This document shows, in pieces, positions 22,635 through 36,731 of a stretch of 45,070 nucleotides of DNA (position 1 is the first letter of the stretch; each line of letters opens with the position of its first letter). Made by a program: the position numbers and the translations under genes. Origin of the DNA: Octopus bimaculoides (lineage: Eukaryota). Location: positions 197,062 through 242,131 of the forward strand of contig NC_069000.1 of assembly GCF_001194135.2 (NCBI RefSeq), written 5' to 3'. The notes beneath the pieces are model-generated. The model saw nothing but the letters and a program-made list of their open reading frames with translations, searched no databases and was not told the DNA's origin.

Positions 22635-24193
22635 GTTTATTGATTACAATCTGAATTAAACCCCAGCATGATAATTTAGCTATTGATCCAGAGTTAGTAA
22701 ATGAAGACAACAAACAGAGAAGACGCAAGACTGAATATCAACATGTATTGAGTGGTTGCTGGAAATTGCAATGGTGTCAGCTAACAATAAAACAACAACA
22801 ACATCAAGAAATTCCTTCCTTGTCAACATCTGACTGTTGATACTTTTTTTTTATTGGTGAGGAGTGGAAAGAGGGAAGGGGAGGGGGTTATTGTCCTGTT
22901 TCACTTTAAACACACCATGTTATCTGCTGTCGAGGTGTAGTTTTGTGAAACGCTCTGCTATTGTATTTTGTGTCAATCAATTCCAACAGACTATAAGCTT
23001 TTTTTGTTTTTTTAAATTTCTATACCTTTTGTGTTGTTCAATTTTCGTGTCTTCTTTTTTTTTCCAAGTGTATGAAATAAAAACAAATAAAACCAACAAA
23101 GATGTTTATATACATTAATAAGCGAGCAAAAGTGTGTATATATACATTAAGGATAGCAACGAAAGACACTACTTTCTCCTACCCAAGTAATTCACTCTTT
23201 GCTGTTGTTGTTGTGCTCAATCATACACAAAGAAGGAATCTGCTGGTTTGTAGACCCTTCTTGTTAACTCCACTCGTTAACTCCTATATAAACCAGTGGG
23301 AAAACAAGGGAGACTCTGTGCAGACCCTGAAAGGGCTTTATCTATAGAAAAAAAAAAAAAAGGCAGAATATACATTGGATAAGGGGATACTAGAGACCTT
23401 GAAAAACTAGATGGGATCAAAGGTCCACCTTTTGACCCTATGTCCACTGAATGGAGCCTGAGCTGGAGCTAAACATCATCACCACCACCACCCCTGGTGT
23501 TTGAGTGCCCCTGGCAGGGACCACTGTGCTCAAAAGTATTTGAACCAGGCTCCTCGTTGCTACCTCATCAACTGAATATTGATGTGTGGTTGAGGAGAGT
23601 TTGCTTCACAGCCACATGGGGTTCCAGATTTGAATTCCACTGCAGCCAATCCATTCATGAAGCTGTGTCTTGTAATAAATATATTGTGGAGGTGTGTAGG
23701 TGTGTCTTTGAACTTTAAAACAATTTCTATGAATGACATTTTAAATCTATATAAACTCAAGCTAGGCTCTCCTTTACTCTTTGTTATTTTCTTATAAGAC
23801 ACATACTATGTAATTTTAGAAATTAGAATCTGCAAAATTTTAAATGTTTAACTATAAAAAAAAAATAGAAGTTTTTTTTTTTCTCCCCAAATAATTATTT
23901 CGAAATGTCAATGGACAATCTTCAGTTTTTATTTTTATATTTTCATATAGTTTTCCAAAACAAAAATATAAAAATTCAAACACTTGCTGAATAACAAAAT
24001 AAACACAGAAAAAGAGACTTAGTACAAACTACACAGTCTTTGTGTGTGGCAGATGCACAGGTACAACAAACACTGAGATTCCTCAAATGTCTGAGAGGAC
24101 AGAAGATCCTTGAAAGTAGTAGAAAATTGGATCACTTAGGTTACACAAACTAACAGTGGAGGATGTTGCTCTGGCAACATACTTGCCAGAATA

Positions 24194-24685
24194 AGAACCA
24201 GCTGAGCAAAGTTCAGCAAGCTTTTACCTTTGTTGGTAACAAAAGGGTCTCCCCGCCTCAGAGTGAAAGGCAAATTCTATAATGCCTGTGTACAGACAGC
24301 TATGCTACATGGTAGTGAAACGTTCTGTGACTACAGAGGACATGCAGAGGCTTGAAAGAAATGAAGCTTGCATGATCCACTGGATGTGCAATGTCAGGTT
24401 GCATGTACAACAGAGTGTCAGTGTTTTTAGAGAAGAACTGGATCATGAGCATCAAATGTAAATGTGCACTCGTACTGGTCATGTAATGTGGATGGATGAG
24501 GACAGTTGCACAAAGAAGCAGCAATCTCTAAATGTGGAGAGAGCCTGGAGAAGAGAAAGGCCAAGCAAAATGTGGGACGAAGTGTGAGAAATAATCTTCT
24601 GCCATTGAGCCTCACAGAAGAGATGACCAGGAACCAAGAGGATTGGCAAGTTGCAGTGCTTGAGGAGACCCATGCAGTAAAATAG
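24194..24685 (+). mobile_element. RTE-clade LINE 3' fragment, frameshifted
   Basis: Translates piecewise as AKFSKLLPLLVTKGSPRLRVKGKFYNACVQTAMLHGSET...TEDMQRLERNEACMIHWMCNV...GHVMWMDEDSCTKKQQSLNVERAWRRERPSKMWDEV, an RTE C-terminus. Confidence 0.85.
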
Positions 24686-24928
24686 AGGCCATAAAGGCAT
24701 GTCCTTTACAGCCATGCACCCCCACCCACAAATTCAACCTGTCCCCTATCCCTCCCCCCTTCACCATGACCATCACCTGCTGCATGCCCCTCCACTCTCC
24801 CTTACGTGCACACACACACACACACACTCCATGTCCTCACATATCTACCACAGGTACCTCCATCCACTCCAGTATTGCCTTGCCAACTCTATAAAACCGT
24901 CCAACCCATGCCAGCATGGGTGGTTATG

Positions 24929-24960
<32 letters not shown>

Positions 24961-25954
24961 CATATGTACATATACACACACACAACTAATTAAATAACAA
25001 AAACGAAAGCATGTGCTGTGAACTAATTAATGATTCATTAAACAACAACATTAACTGCATCCACAACAACAACAATAACAACAACACTGATGGCAAAACT
25101 ACAAATATTAAACAAAAGGCAACCAGTGGTGGTGGTGGGGGGGACCAAAATATTCAACTGGACAATAAAGAAAAACAAAAATTAAATTAGAAAACAAAAG
25201 ACGAAGCAAGTAAATATGAGATGTGTTGTTAAGATTATATTTTCTCGGACTGAAGACCATATCATGAGAGAAATAAAAGGTCTGGGAGTATTTTTCTAAT
25301 ATACATTAGTGGTCGGGAGTTTCCATGGCCACCTGATTAGTGTAGGTGCCATGATTGAATACATTGGGTAAAGGGGCTGGTTGAGTGATGAGTGACTGGA
25401 GGCAGTGGAGGGTGAAGAAGACCTTTTAGTCATGCCTGAGATTTGACAATCAGGTAATCAACCATTTGTTGATGGCTCAATAAATTGCTCTCAATAAACT
25501 TTGAAATGGTTAGTGTTAAGAGAAGCATCCAGGCATTGAAACCATTCTAAAAAAAAAGAAAACTATTTTAAAAAACGGAATGTATGAATAAGATGTATTT
25601 CTCCAGCCCTCCGTCTCTGAAGTCAGGTAATTCAGAAAAAAGAACTGACTCACACTATGATAATCAATTCAACTCGTATAAAATGCTATAAAATGGCTTC
25701 AATATGACAATGATGATGATTTTCAATAGGTTTCAATTCGTTTGATATTCAGTCATCATCAGGTGCTTTATTCCTAGATTTCAACATAGTCTTACCTGAA
25801 TTTAAAAACTGAAGAGGTAATAATGATTCAATCACACCTGATCACTGAAGCATGTACAGAATTGTTTTGGCCATTAGTTTGGCCATCCTCATCTTGTGTA
25901 CACAACCATGCAGGAACAAGGCACCTGATGAGGACTGATAGCTGAACCAGAAGT

Positions 25955-26116
25955 CTTATTGATCAACTCCAGTATTTCATTGGTAATTCATTTCAGTGAA
26001 TCCTGGGTTGCATGGAAGGCAAAGCCAGCCTCAACAGGGTTTGATCTCAGAATGTAAAGTGCCATAAAGAAACACAACAAAGGTATTCTGCCACAGGCAC
26101 TAATGAGTTCCTACCA
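25955..26116 (-). mobile_element. SINE family C copy, strongly decayed
   Basis: ctccagtatttcattggtaattcatttc...gaaggcaaagccagcctcaacagggtttgatctcagaatgtaaag. Confidence 0.6.
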
Positions 26117-26341
26117 ACCCAATTTACATTTGGTAAATATTAAAAGAGATAAAAGAAAAAAAAAAGGAAGGAAAAACCTTTTTTATCTCTAAAGATAAAC
26201 TTGGTTAAGAGTCCGGAAAAATTGTAATCTGGAAAAAAATAACAATCACAAATTGTGGGATGGATAGGTTGGAGTGGGGACGTAATTTTAAGACAGCAGG
26301 CATCACAAAATGGTAACAGTGCAGCAAAACTGAAAGAAGGT

Positions 26342-26387
26342 TTTATATATATGCATATATACACATTATATGCATGTGTGCGTGTAT

Positions 26388-26436
<49 letters not shown>

Positions 26437-26443
26437 TATATAC

Positions 26444-26496
<53 letters not shown>

Positions 26497-26538
26497 GAGC
26501 ATATTATATATATATACATACATATATATATAAGAGCA

Positions 26539-26571
<33 letters not shown>

Positions 26572-26580
26572 GTATATGTA
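26342..26580. repeat. Compound (TA)n microsatellite region
   Basis: Several interrupted TA runs. Confidence 0.9.
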
Positions 26581-26983
26581 AACATTGAAAACACATTGAG
26601 AAATGCTGTCCAAGCAAGAAACTTGTGGCAACATACCTGATCCAATCATTGCAGTCCATTTGGAGGGACTCAGGGGAAAAAAGTGAAAATAGAACAGTAA
26701 AAAAGATACAAGATAAGTTCCAAGTAGAAATTGGACTGGTTATGTTGTTGATAGTTTTGGTGGGTGGATGGGGGTCTGTTTTAGTAGGGACTTTTATATA
26801 TCTTTACATATTTCTGTATGAGATAGAGGTTTAAGAAACCATATAAGGGATAATAAGTATCCAATATACTACTGAATATGTACCCAATTATTTATAACCA
26901 AGTGCTTGTTATTGCATGGCAATATTGCAACTGAGTATTAGGTATGGGTGGGGTAAGTTAGAAATTTACCCAGGATTGAAATG

Positions 26984-27307
26984 GCAAATAAGAAAATGGA
27001 GAGGATATACAATCGACAAGCATCAGCCAGCAAACATACAATTATGTCTATTTATTAAATGATTACACACATATGGGTGAGTGATACAAATTAATGTCTA
27101 TTATTATTCATTTGCTTCTGTATATATATATATATATATATGTGTGTGAGTGCATGTATATATATTTTCTTATGCAGTTATTAACCTTTTCCATTTGTTA
27201 ATTTGTATCACTCACCCATATGTGTGTAATCATTTAATAAATAGACATAATTGTATGTTTATTGTCTGATATTTGTCAATTGTATATCCTCTCCATTTTC
27301 TTATTTG

Positions 27308-27308
<1 letters not shown>
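26984..27308. repeat. Long inverted repeat (111-bp arms, ~103-bp spacer); foldback/MITE-like
   Basis: 26984-27094 versus the reverse complement of 27198-27308: six mismatches, with the inner ~60 bp identical. Confidence 0.9.
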
Positions 27309-27344
<36 letters not shown>

Positions 27345-27635
27345 GATGGATGGATGGATGGAGAGAGTTTGGGGGAGTCATAGCAGATAAGTTTGATAAA
27401 CAGACAGAAATTTGATAAACAGACAGAAATCGATAAACTGACAGACAGATATATAAATAATGTTTATATGTAGGTCTGAATTTGCAAAACAGATGAAGAA
27501 TGCAAATTATTTATTGTAGAAGTGAGATTCCTGCAGGTTACCATTCTTGAAGTTTGCAATAATCTAACCACAGACTTCAGAATAGTGACAGAAAGTAATG
27601 CCAGCAATCTCAACTCTCAGAATTAAGAAGAAATA

Positions 27636-27666
<31 letters not shown>

Positions 27667-27679
27667 ATACTAAGGTTAT

Positions 27680-27750
27680 TATTGGGTCATCCCATAAATA
27701 ATGTGGGTTTTTTATACTTCTTTTATTTTTCAAAATTAAGATAAACAAAG
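27680..27750 (+). mobile_element. Tc1/mariner-type terminal remnant
   Basis: TA followed by ttgggtcatcccataaataatgtgggtttttt resembles mariner TIRs (TTRGGT......AARTAATTGCGGTTTT); no partner TIR found. Confidence 0.45.
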
Positions 27751-28702
27751 AACAAAACCAGACAAACACAGGGTCTGAAGTGGATTTGCTGCTGTTATTT
27801 ATGACTGTGACTTATACACAAGTTGTTGGTGTTGCTATTGTTGTTTAACCCTAGGTCAGCACTCACTGATTAGATTAATGATCAAAGGTATTCCAGCCAT
27901 GACCACACCACATTATTTAATATGTCGTTTGCCATGTTAAGATAGGGTGTGATTTGAGGGAGAGCTTTCGCTACTATTTCTCTGCCAGAGCTGCTCAAGT
28001 TTAACAGTAAGAACCTTTCTCTCTTGGAATTAGGTTATTAAATTCTATTTTCCTTTAAGAAATTTGTTTCTAAACCATGTGATTTTGGGCTCAATCCCTC
28101 TGCACAGCACCGAAGGTATGATAGCCACCAGGTTGACCAATAACTTGTGGGTGGATTTGGTAGACAAGAGTTGAAGCTATCAAAGTACAACAGGTTTCGT
28201 TTATTTTCTTTCAGTTTTCTATTTGATCCCAAGAAAAGATAATTTCAGTATTTAGGGCTTTCAGTTCATTATGAATAGGAAACAGCTAAAAAGCCTACTG
28301 TAAATGGTGGGTAAATACACATACAATAATGACTGTCAGCTCAATTAAGATCTCTTCTTAAATCTAGTCATTATTACTTTGCCCACTCCACATGTGTGTT
28401 CGTTAGTGTTTAAGGTCTGCCAAACTGGTTAGCCATCCATACATTCCCATATTTGGCAATCTGCTTATCTTTAACCCTCTCCCCTCCACCACCACCCTTT
28501 ATCTGTTAATAAAAGTTCATCACTGAATATATTTAATCATTTAGCCAGGTATTTAGAGATTGTCTGTCTGGATGTTTATTTTGTCTATTAATCTGTCAAG
28601 TTGGTTGTCGCTTCATTCATCGAATGATTTGTAAATGTTTACCTGGCTGTCAGTGTCTTCCTATTTGTGGCACTACCCATTAACCCATCAGTGTGCAGAT
28701 GT

Positions 28703-28733
<31 letters not shown>

Positions 28734-28911
28734 TATAGCCCTCCCTTACAAGTGAGTAACGCTTTTTAGGGGTTCATTCCCTCACAAACAAACAAAGACA
28801 CCATCATTAACCCAGTGAAATGTCTGAGATATAATAACTGAAAAGAGAAAAAGATTGAATTCCAGGATTTGACTGGTGATTGATTTTATCAATCCGGGAG
28901 GATAAAATGCC

Positions 28912-29524
28912 NNNNNNNNNNNNNNNNNNNNNNNNNNNNNNNNNNNNNNNNNNNNNNNNNNNNNNNNNNNNNNNNNNNNNNNNNNNNNNNNNNNNNNNNN
29001 NNNNNNNNNNNNNNNNNNNNNNNNNNNNNNNNNNNNNNNNNNNNNNNNNNNNNNNNNNNNNNNNNNNNNNNNNNNNNNNNNNNNNNNNNNNNNNNNNNNN
29101 NNNNNNNNNNNNNNNNNNNNNNNNNNNNNNNNNNNNNNNNNNNNNNNNNNNNNNNNNNNNNNNNNNNNNNNNNNNNNNNNNNNNNNNNNNNNNNNNNNNN
29201 NNNNNNNNNNNNNNNNNNNNNNNNNNNNNNNNNNNNNNNNNNNNNNNNNNNNNNNNNNNNNNNNNNNNNNNNNNNNNNNNNNNNNNNNNNNNNNNNNNNN
29301 NNNNNNNNNNNNNNNNNNNNNNNNNNNNNNNNNNNNNNNNNNNNNNNNNNNNNNNNNNNNNNNNNNNNNNNNNNNNNNNNNNNNNNNNNNNNNNNNNNNN
29401 NNNNNNNNNNNNNNNNNNNNNNNNNNNNNNNNNNNNNNNNNNNNNNNNNNNNNNNNNNNNNNNNNNNNNNNNNNNNNNNNNNNNNNNNNNNNNNNNNNNN
29501 NNNNNNNNNNNNNNNNNNNNNNNN
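28912..29524. other. Assembly gap (N run)
   Basis: Run of n; abuts a SINE family C fragment at about 28830-28911. Confidence 1.
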
Positions 29525-30640
29525 GAGTCCTGATAATTTGGCTCAAATATTGCAGTTTATGCTGTCTGACCATCACCAACTTTTTATTCTTTTGCCATTT
29601 CCTCCAAGACTAAATTATTCATTCTACAAGCTACCAAACTATCCACATTATTTTAAAGTGTCCCTATTTAAATTAGATCCTTTATGAAAACTCTATGCAA
29701 CACATTTTTTGGAGTTGCTTTTTTAATAAACACCAAACATCAATTTACTTTGGATCATACCAGAACAATGACTCAAACGAAAGAAACGCCAATAAGCATT
29801 TTGTCTGATGATTCTAATGAAAATCACTCGTTACACTAAAAGTCCTCAGAATGACTTTATTTTCAAATTGAAACTCTTGATTCTAATCTGCCTAAAATCC
29901 CACTGCATCTGTAATACAGATTTCCTGTTATAAAATGATCAAAATTTCATTTGGAATTTATGTTCCAGTTTTAAAAAAAAGAAGTAATTTTACAAAGTTC
30001 TTCAGAGTGTATCAAGAAGACCCAGTGGAGCAACTGAAATATGTCACTGAAAGGATTTTAATTTCAGTGACCGTTTTTTGGTTGGTATTTGGTTAGAAAT
30101 ACCGAAATGGCTTCACCATGTTCAGAAAGTCTTGATTAACAAGAGTCTTTTTTTTCTTTTATTCTATGTTACAATTACAATTTGAAACACGGTAATAAAT
30201 AATTAACAAGTTCTGGATTCTTGTTTAGCAAAATGACAGATCTATAGCAATGGAAAAACAACAATAACAAAAATCAATCAAGAGTTTCCTTGGTAACAGA
30301 CAAGTATCTTGGTCATCGACCTGTTTGCCAAAGCTTGTAAGTACTTGTGTCCACCATCATCTTGTTAGGGAAAAAAAAATATTGTCTTAATTCAATGACT
30401 GCAAAAGAAGTCAAAGAGAGATAGCGAGTCAGAATTGATGTTGGAATGGTAAAAGTTAAGCCATGAGTGTTGGTTTGTTCTTCAAACTATTGTTTTAGAG
30501 TTGCAAAACTAGTAAAATTGTATTCGTAAACAGAATAGAAGGCATGAATATGAGAGAATGTGTGTGGACGTGTGTGTATGTGTGTGTGTGTAAGCATGGA
30601 TATTTATATGTTTATAACCACATATACATCCATATATAGA

Positions 30641-30930
30641 TGGTGTCTTCTAGTGTAGCCCCAGGGCTGACCAAAGCCTTGTGAGTAGAGTTGGTAGATG
30701 GAAACTGAAAGAAGCCCGTCATGTGTGCATGCATCTTTGTGTTTGTCCCCGATCACCACTTGGCAACTGGTGTTGGTTTGTTTATGTCCTTGTAATTTAG
30801 TGCTTTGGTAAAAAGAGACCGATAGAATAAATACCAGCCTTAGGAAAAAGAGGTACTGGGGGGGGGTCAATTCATTCAGCTAAATTGTTGATAGCATGGC
30901 CACAGCCGAATGACTGAAACAAGTGGCAAG
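30641..30930 (+). mobile_element. SINE family A copy, 5'-truncated
   Basis: gaccaaagccttgtgagtagagttggtagatggaaactgaaagaagcccgtc...aaagagaccgatagaataa...gcatggccacagccgaatgactgaaacaag. Confidence 0.8.
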
Positions 30931-32479
30931 AAGAAACACACCACACAACCAGGCTGCACCTATTTTCAGCATTTTAAAAATATTTTGGTAAATTGCTAAA
31001 CTAAATCAGTGTAAACACACTTTGGTGAACAAACTACTACTACTACTATTATTGTTGTTGCTGTTGTTGTTGTAAATCAGTCAAAATACCCTTGTACACA
31101 ACTGCTACTCTGTGAGTATATGTGCTCCAGCATGGCCACAGTCAAATGACTGAAACAAGAACACACACAAAGTGGTAGTCAACACATTTGGTGGGAGTTA
31201 TATCATCTAAAAGTAAAAGTCTGACTCGGCACCTTATGTCTTAGTTTTGTAGGGTGAGGGTTACAATGAGGCCATCTCAGCAGATATCTTCTGAGATGGG
31301 TTTGTCCTATACACCCACAAATTTCAAGTCATGTGGGACTGAGTCAAACTGTTAACACACACACACACACACACATTTCTTGAGAGATTGTTTTAGGCCA
31401 GTGTCAGGGTGCAAGTAAACAATTTTTCTGTGTCAGTCCAGTCTACTTCCTATAATTTAAATCCAATTTTTGAGGTCACCAAGTAAACTTAAGATATTCT
31501 TAATTTATTCTCAATTTACAACCAGCTGACTGACTTTTATCAGTGTGTATTTTGAAGTCATTTAAGTTGTGCAGTTTTAGAAAAAAGGGAAAGTGTTAGT
31601 CACAGACATCCTTTCACAGAGTTCTTCAATAACACCTGGCAGCAAGTGGCAAGCGTCTCAGCCAAAAATACTGCACACACACACACACACAATATTGTTT
31701 TTACATTTGTCTTTCCATAGACTGACTGGTACTTTCTGAAGCAGTGCTTTATGACTAGACGCCCTTCTAGATATGCCAAACCTTTCAAAGAGACAGTAAA
31801 TCTATTCTAAAAATCAAGATATACATGGTTTATATTGGGATGTAGTCATTTGTTTTAACATCCATTTTCCTATTCTAAAACGAATTAGACAAGGGATTAT
31901 TTTGAGGCAAAATTTCATAGCCAGATGCACTTCCTGTTGCCAACCCTCACTTTTCAAGTTAGAGACTTTTTTTTCATTATTCCAGAGGTCTACAAAAACA
32001 CAGAACATCCATTTGTCAATACCATCATTGGTCTGCTCAAGCAGTAACGTGCAACATATACATTTTATGTATATTTGCAAATGTCTTCTACTACAACCCT
32101 GGCTTGTGAGAATGCATATGTTCGTATCTCATTGTCTTGATGTCAGGTGATAGTCGTAAATGATTGTCAGTTATACAAACATTGTCATTCTTTTCCAAAG
32201 TTCTGCAAAAACCTGTCTGGCTGAGGAGGAAATATTCCATTGCTTGCAACCAGGTTCCGGCTGGTCTCTTATGGCCAAAGAAAATTTGCCTCAGTAAACC
32301 CAGTTGGATGAAAAAATTGACATTAAAGCAATGATGATGGGCTTCCTGCAGTTTCCATCCATTAAATTCTCTCAACAGGCATTGGTCATCACAAGACAGT
32401 AGCGGAAGATATTTAACCAAAGTACTGTACGATGAATCCCAACAACTACTACTGCTACTACAAAACATGGAGTGAAAGA

Positions 32480-32585
<106 letters not shown>

Positions 32586-34794
32586 AAGAGATGCTATGAC
32601 CTGGTTAATTACTCTGCCACCAACCTAACCCTTGACCTCGTTCTACTTCCATCAGATGTTTGAAGTAAAAAAATTTTCTGCAATTTCAATGACCAGCAAT
32701 TTCATCCTCTTCAGTGAATCCATGTGATAGCTTGAACTGTTTAAAATAGCAGCCAAATCTACCTCAAATTATGTTAAACTGTCTTTTTAAAAATAAAGAA
32801 ATACATTTAATAGTGTGATCCTGGATGCATACTGGCTGATAAGAAGGTAGGAGGGTCACATCTGGAATGTACTTGATCATAGACTTGCTTAATCATGGTT
32901 TACTCAATCCTGCCAGATCTGTGATTATTTTCAAAATCAATTAAATTTGCATTTTAATTAATTTTATGAAAATTTATTGAAAATGTTAAATCTTTTATTT
33001 TTTGTTTCAGTCTGTGGCCATTCTGGATCCTATCAAACCATCTGAGCCAGCTTGGAAGATGTGTAAGAAATAACGATATTAAGAAAAATTGTGGTACGGG
33101 GAGATGACAAAGGACCACACAGAAATACTATGGACACCGACATGCTCAATCACTTCCTCATCAGTTGTCAACCAAATATCATCACAATTTCGACACCTTC
33201 CAAGAATATTGTTCAATTTTTGCAGTGTCAGCAACATAAACTGCTGGAGTATAAATGAGTGGATATGTAAAATGAATGTGAACAACAGCACCTTGAGCAA
33301 GTCTCTTCTACCACAACTTTGGTTCCATGCAAGTATTGTGCATGAAAATGAGAGGACAGAAATATGCTAAACCTGCCCTTAAACGGTGGAGTCAATCTGA
33401 TGCACAGTTTAACATCACCATGTGACTCTGGATTTGCTTTTAGCAGAGTGTAGAGTGCAGAGTGTTCTAAACATTGAAACTACAGCTTGACGTTTGAAGT
33501 CCATCACCTCATGTCCTATTCTCTGAGTAGAGCAACCCACAAGTCTTAGTTTCTTCCTCCCTCTTCTTTCCCCCATGACACAGAGACCCTGCAAAGGGTC
33601 ATAAGCTCTATTCTTCCACCATCTCTGACTCAACCCGTTCTCTTTCTCAAAATTGTGCTTATGATCTTGAATATCATTTCATTTATCTCCTGAGAATATT
33701 GAAATAATCTTCTGAGAGAATTGTAAATAAAAAGACAAAAAAAAAAAACAAGTTTCATCCTCTAGGATGGCAAAGAAAAACAAAATAAAATCAACAAACC
33801 ATCTAAAAACATTCAAATGTTGCTTTTAACTACTTTGCTTTATTAAAAACACAGTAGCTGTGTTTTTAATAACCTCAGTAGATAAAGACAAACACACTCT
33901 CTCTCTCTCATTGTTGTCACTATGGTTACACACATGTCATTTCATTCTGCAGAGAGCAATATGTAACTGTAACACGAGATAACTGTAACCTCACAGTGAA
34001 GCCAACGTCGACATTGGACAATCAGACTTCTAAGAGGCGAAAGTGATATTATATATCGCATTGTTCCGAGTTCAAAATCTAGGAAGGAAAGGTCTTATTG
34101 ATTAACTCAGCCATTTTACAAGCCATAAAGATGGCTAGGTGAGGTGTTAACTGTCTTCCTTCCCATAAAACAGCTGATAAAATGAGCAGCATTGGGATCA
34201 ATGAGGTATTATTGTCTAGTCCCAGGTCAAACATATCTAAGGTTAAAAAGCATTCCAGCCTTACTAGGAGTATCTAAAGTTAAATTATCCCAATGTGTCC
34301 TTATTTTGAAGATGATTGGGTATGATATAAGATTTGACTGTTATTTCCAGCAGGGATAGTAACTGCATAAAGGCTACCTTGTTAACTTGTAATAGAAAAG
34401 AGAATTTTTATTTCTATGGGTTAATCAGAAGAAGGAGGTTTGTACTTATGACCTTTTACACAGTTTCTGGGACCAGCAGTGGGGAGACAGGGGACCTGGT
34501 TGTAATTTGGAAAAAAGGACTTTGCTAAAAACAGACCAGGAACAGGTGATGGGAGTTAAACCGGGCAACAACTCAAAACAAATTGGTACAGTCCATCAAA
34601 TGGGCTTCTAAACAGTTTCCTTCTACCTGACTTCACTCACAAAGCTTGAGTTTCTCCAAGATATCATGCAGTGTGGAATGCAGCTCAGAAAGGTTTGATG
34701 CAAAACCAGTCATCTTCACCAGACAGCCATTGCTGTATGCAGCAGGTTTATTCTTGGAAAATGCTCATTTCACACACAGCAACTCTGGAAGGAT

Positions 34795-34980
34795 GAAGGC
34801 ACATGGCCAAGTGGTGAGGGTGTTGCACTCGTATTCACAAAAATCATAGTTTGCATTCCTAAACATGGCAATGCATTGTTCTTGAGCAAAATGTCTTCAT
34901 TTCATGTTGCTGCAGTCTACTCAGCCGTAAACAAGTCACTCTGCAATAGACTGATGACCTGTTTTCTGGAGAAACACTGG
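34795..34980 (+). mobile_element. SINE family B-related copy, degraded
   Basis: gaaggcacatggccaagtggtgagggtg...gttcttgagcaaaatgtcttcatttcatgttgctgcagtctactcagccgtaaa shares head and core with 13740-14070. Confidence 0.65.
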
Positions 34981-35089
34981 GATCTCAGTCAGTTCTGCAC
35001 CATGGAAACTAAGTAACTAATCCTGATTCTTAGCACTTGAAGCAGTAATGTTCAAGGGTTGATGAAGATGAGGTCTCACAATCTGATGT

Positions 35090-35650
35090 CCTCCACAGCC
35101 CAATGTGTCTTCACATGTTCTCTATAAGACACTTTTTCCAAGACTATTTCCACAGCAAAAAGTTTACACATGTTCAAGTGTACACAAACATGTTAAATAT
35201 CAGTGCACACAAATTCTATTCAATGCTGCTTTGTGCAACTGTTTAATCTTGTCTTGTAACTCAACTAGTAACATTATCCTGTTTGGTATTGGTCGAGTAA
35301 TGCAAACCAACCAGTTAACATTCTTAATGTTGTGTGGGTCTGAAATGACCAGAGTTGATTGTCCACATCTCTTACTGAAGTATGTAATGCTGAAAAGAAA
35401 AATTAAAATTATGGAACGTTCTCTACTTTAAGATAGTCTACACCTAGAGTAGTATCCTAGCCCTACTGTTGTTCAACATCTACACAAATGAGTAACTGAA
35501 AAAGGACAATACCATTCTTTTGTTTTTGTGATGAATTATGCACAGCTTACCAAAAGTGGAAAATTTCAATGGCATCAAAACAACTCCATTGGCTGCTTTC
35601 CACAGTCTAAACTATTATTTACTCTAAAAACAATTGTTTAATTGTTGTGT
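35090..35650 (+). mobile_element. Highly degraded non-LTR reverse-transcriptase relic (RTEX-like)
   Basis: Fragments HSP(M)SSHVLYKTLFPRL (compare YRPISLLCHLYKLFERL) and SILALLLFNIYTNE (compare GSVLAPLLFNIYTND) occur in the expected order, with frameshifts and stops. Confidence 0.55.
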
Positions 35651-35771
35651 GGAAATACAAGTTCCTGTGTTCCAACTAAGAAAGAAGGAAACCAAATAAC
35701 TAATGGTCTGGAACAAAGGACCAGGAACATTGCCAGAACCCCAAATGTTTTGTGATGTTACTAAATCATGT

Positions 35772-35804
<33 letters not shown>

Positions 35805-36073
35805 ACATTTGTGCTCTACAGAAGTTGTGAGCCATGAGTGGTGGTGGAGTTGTCACTTCTGTCAACAAATTGTCTGTTTGCTTTGCACCTTCAGACAGGT
35901 GTGAAATATATTCCCTTACCCAAGAAAGAGATAAGGATGAATGACTAGAAAGGGATTCATTCAACTGTAAACAACATAGTCAATAGTATATTCATATAAC
36001 CCATGCAGGCAAGGAAAAACAGATGTGAAACAAACAACTAAATGAATCAAATAATCAAAAGGCCAAAATGAGC

Positions 36074-36475
36074 NNNNNNNNNNNNNNNNNNNNNNNNNNN
36101 NNNNNNNNNNNNNNNNNNNNNNNNNNNNNNNNNNNNNNNNNNNNNNNNNNNNNNNNNNNNNNNNNNNNNNNNNNNNNNNNNNNNNNNNNNNNNNNNNNNN
36201 NNNNNNNNNNNNNNNNNNNNNNNNNNNNNNNNNNNNNNNNNNNNNNNNNNNNNNNNNNNNNNNNNNNNNNNNNNNNNNNNNNNNNNNNNNNNNNNNNNNN
36301 NNNNNNNNNNNNNNNNNNNNNNNNNNNNNNNNNNNNNNNNNNNNNNNNNNNNNNNNNNNNNNNNNNNNNNNNNNNNNNNNNNNNNNNNNNNNNNNNNNNN
36401 NNNNNNNNNNNNNNNNNNNNNNNNNNNNNNNNNNNNNNNNNNNNNNNNNNNNNNNNNNNNNNNNNNNNNNNNNNN
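36074..36475. other. Assembly gap (N run)
   Basis: Run of n. Confidence 1.
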
Positions 36476-36523
<48 letters not shown>

Positions 36524-36545
36524 ATATATATATATACACATATAT

Positions 36546-36731
36546 GTGTTTGTGTGTCTGTCCCCACCATCATCGCTTGACAACCGATGTTGGTGTGTTT
36601 ACATCCCCGTAACTTACCAGTTCAACAAAAGCAACTGATCAAATAAGTACTACGGTCAGTTTGTTCGACTAAAGGCGGTGCTCCAGCATGGCCGCAGTCA
36701 AATGACTGAAACAAATAAAAGTAGAAATAAA
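36546..36731 (+). mobile_element. SINE family A, 3' half, well preserved
   Basis: catcgcttgacaaccgatgttggtgtgtttacatccccgtaactta...ttgttcgactaaaggcggtgctccagcatggccgcagtcaaatgactgaaacaaataaaag. Confidence 0.85.
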
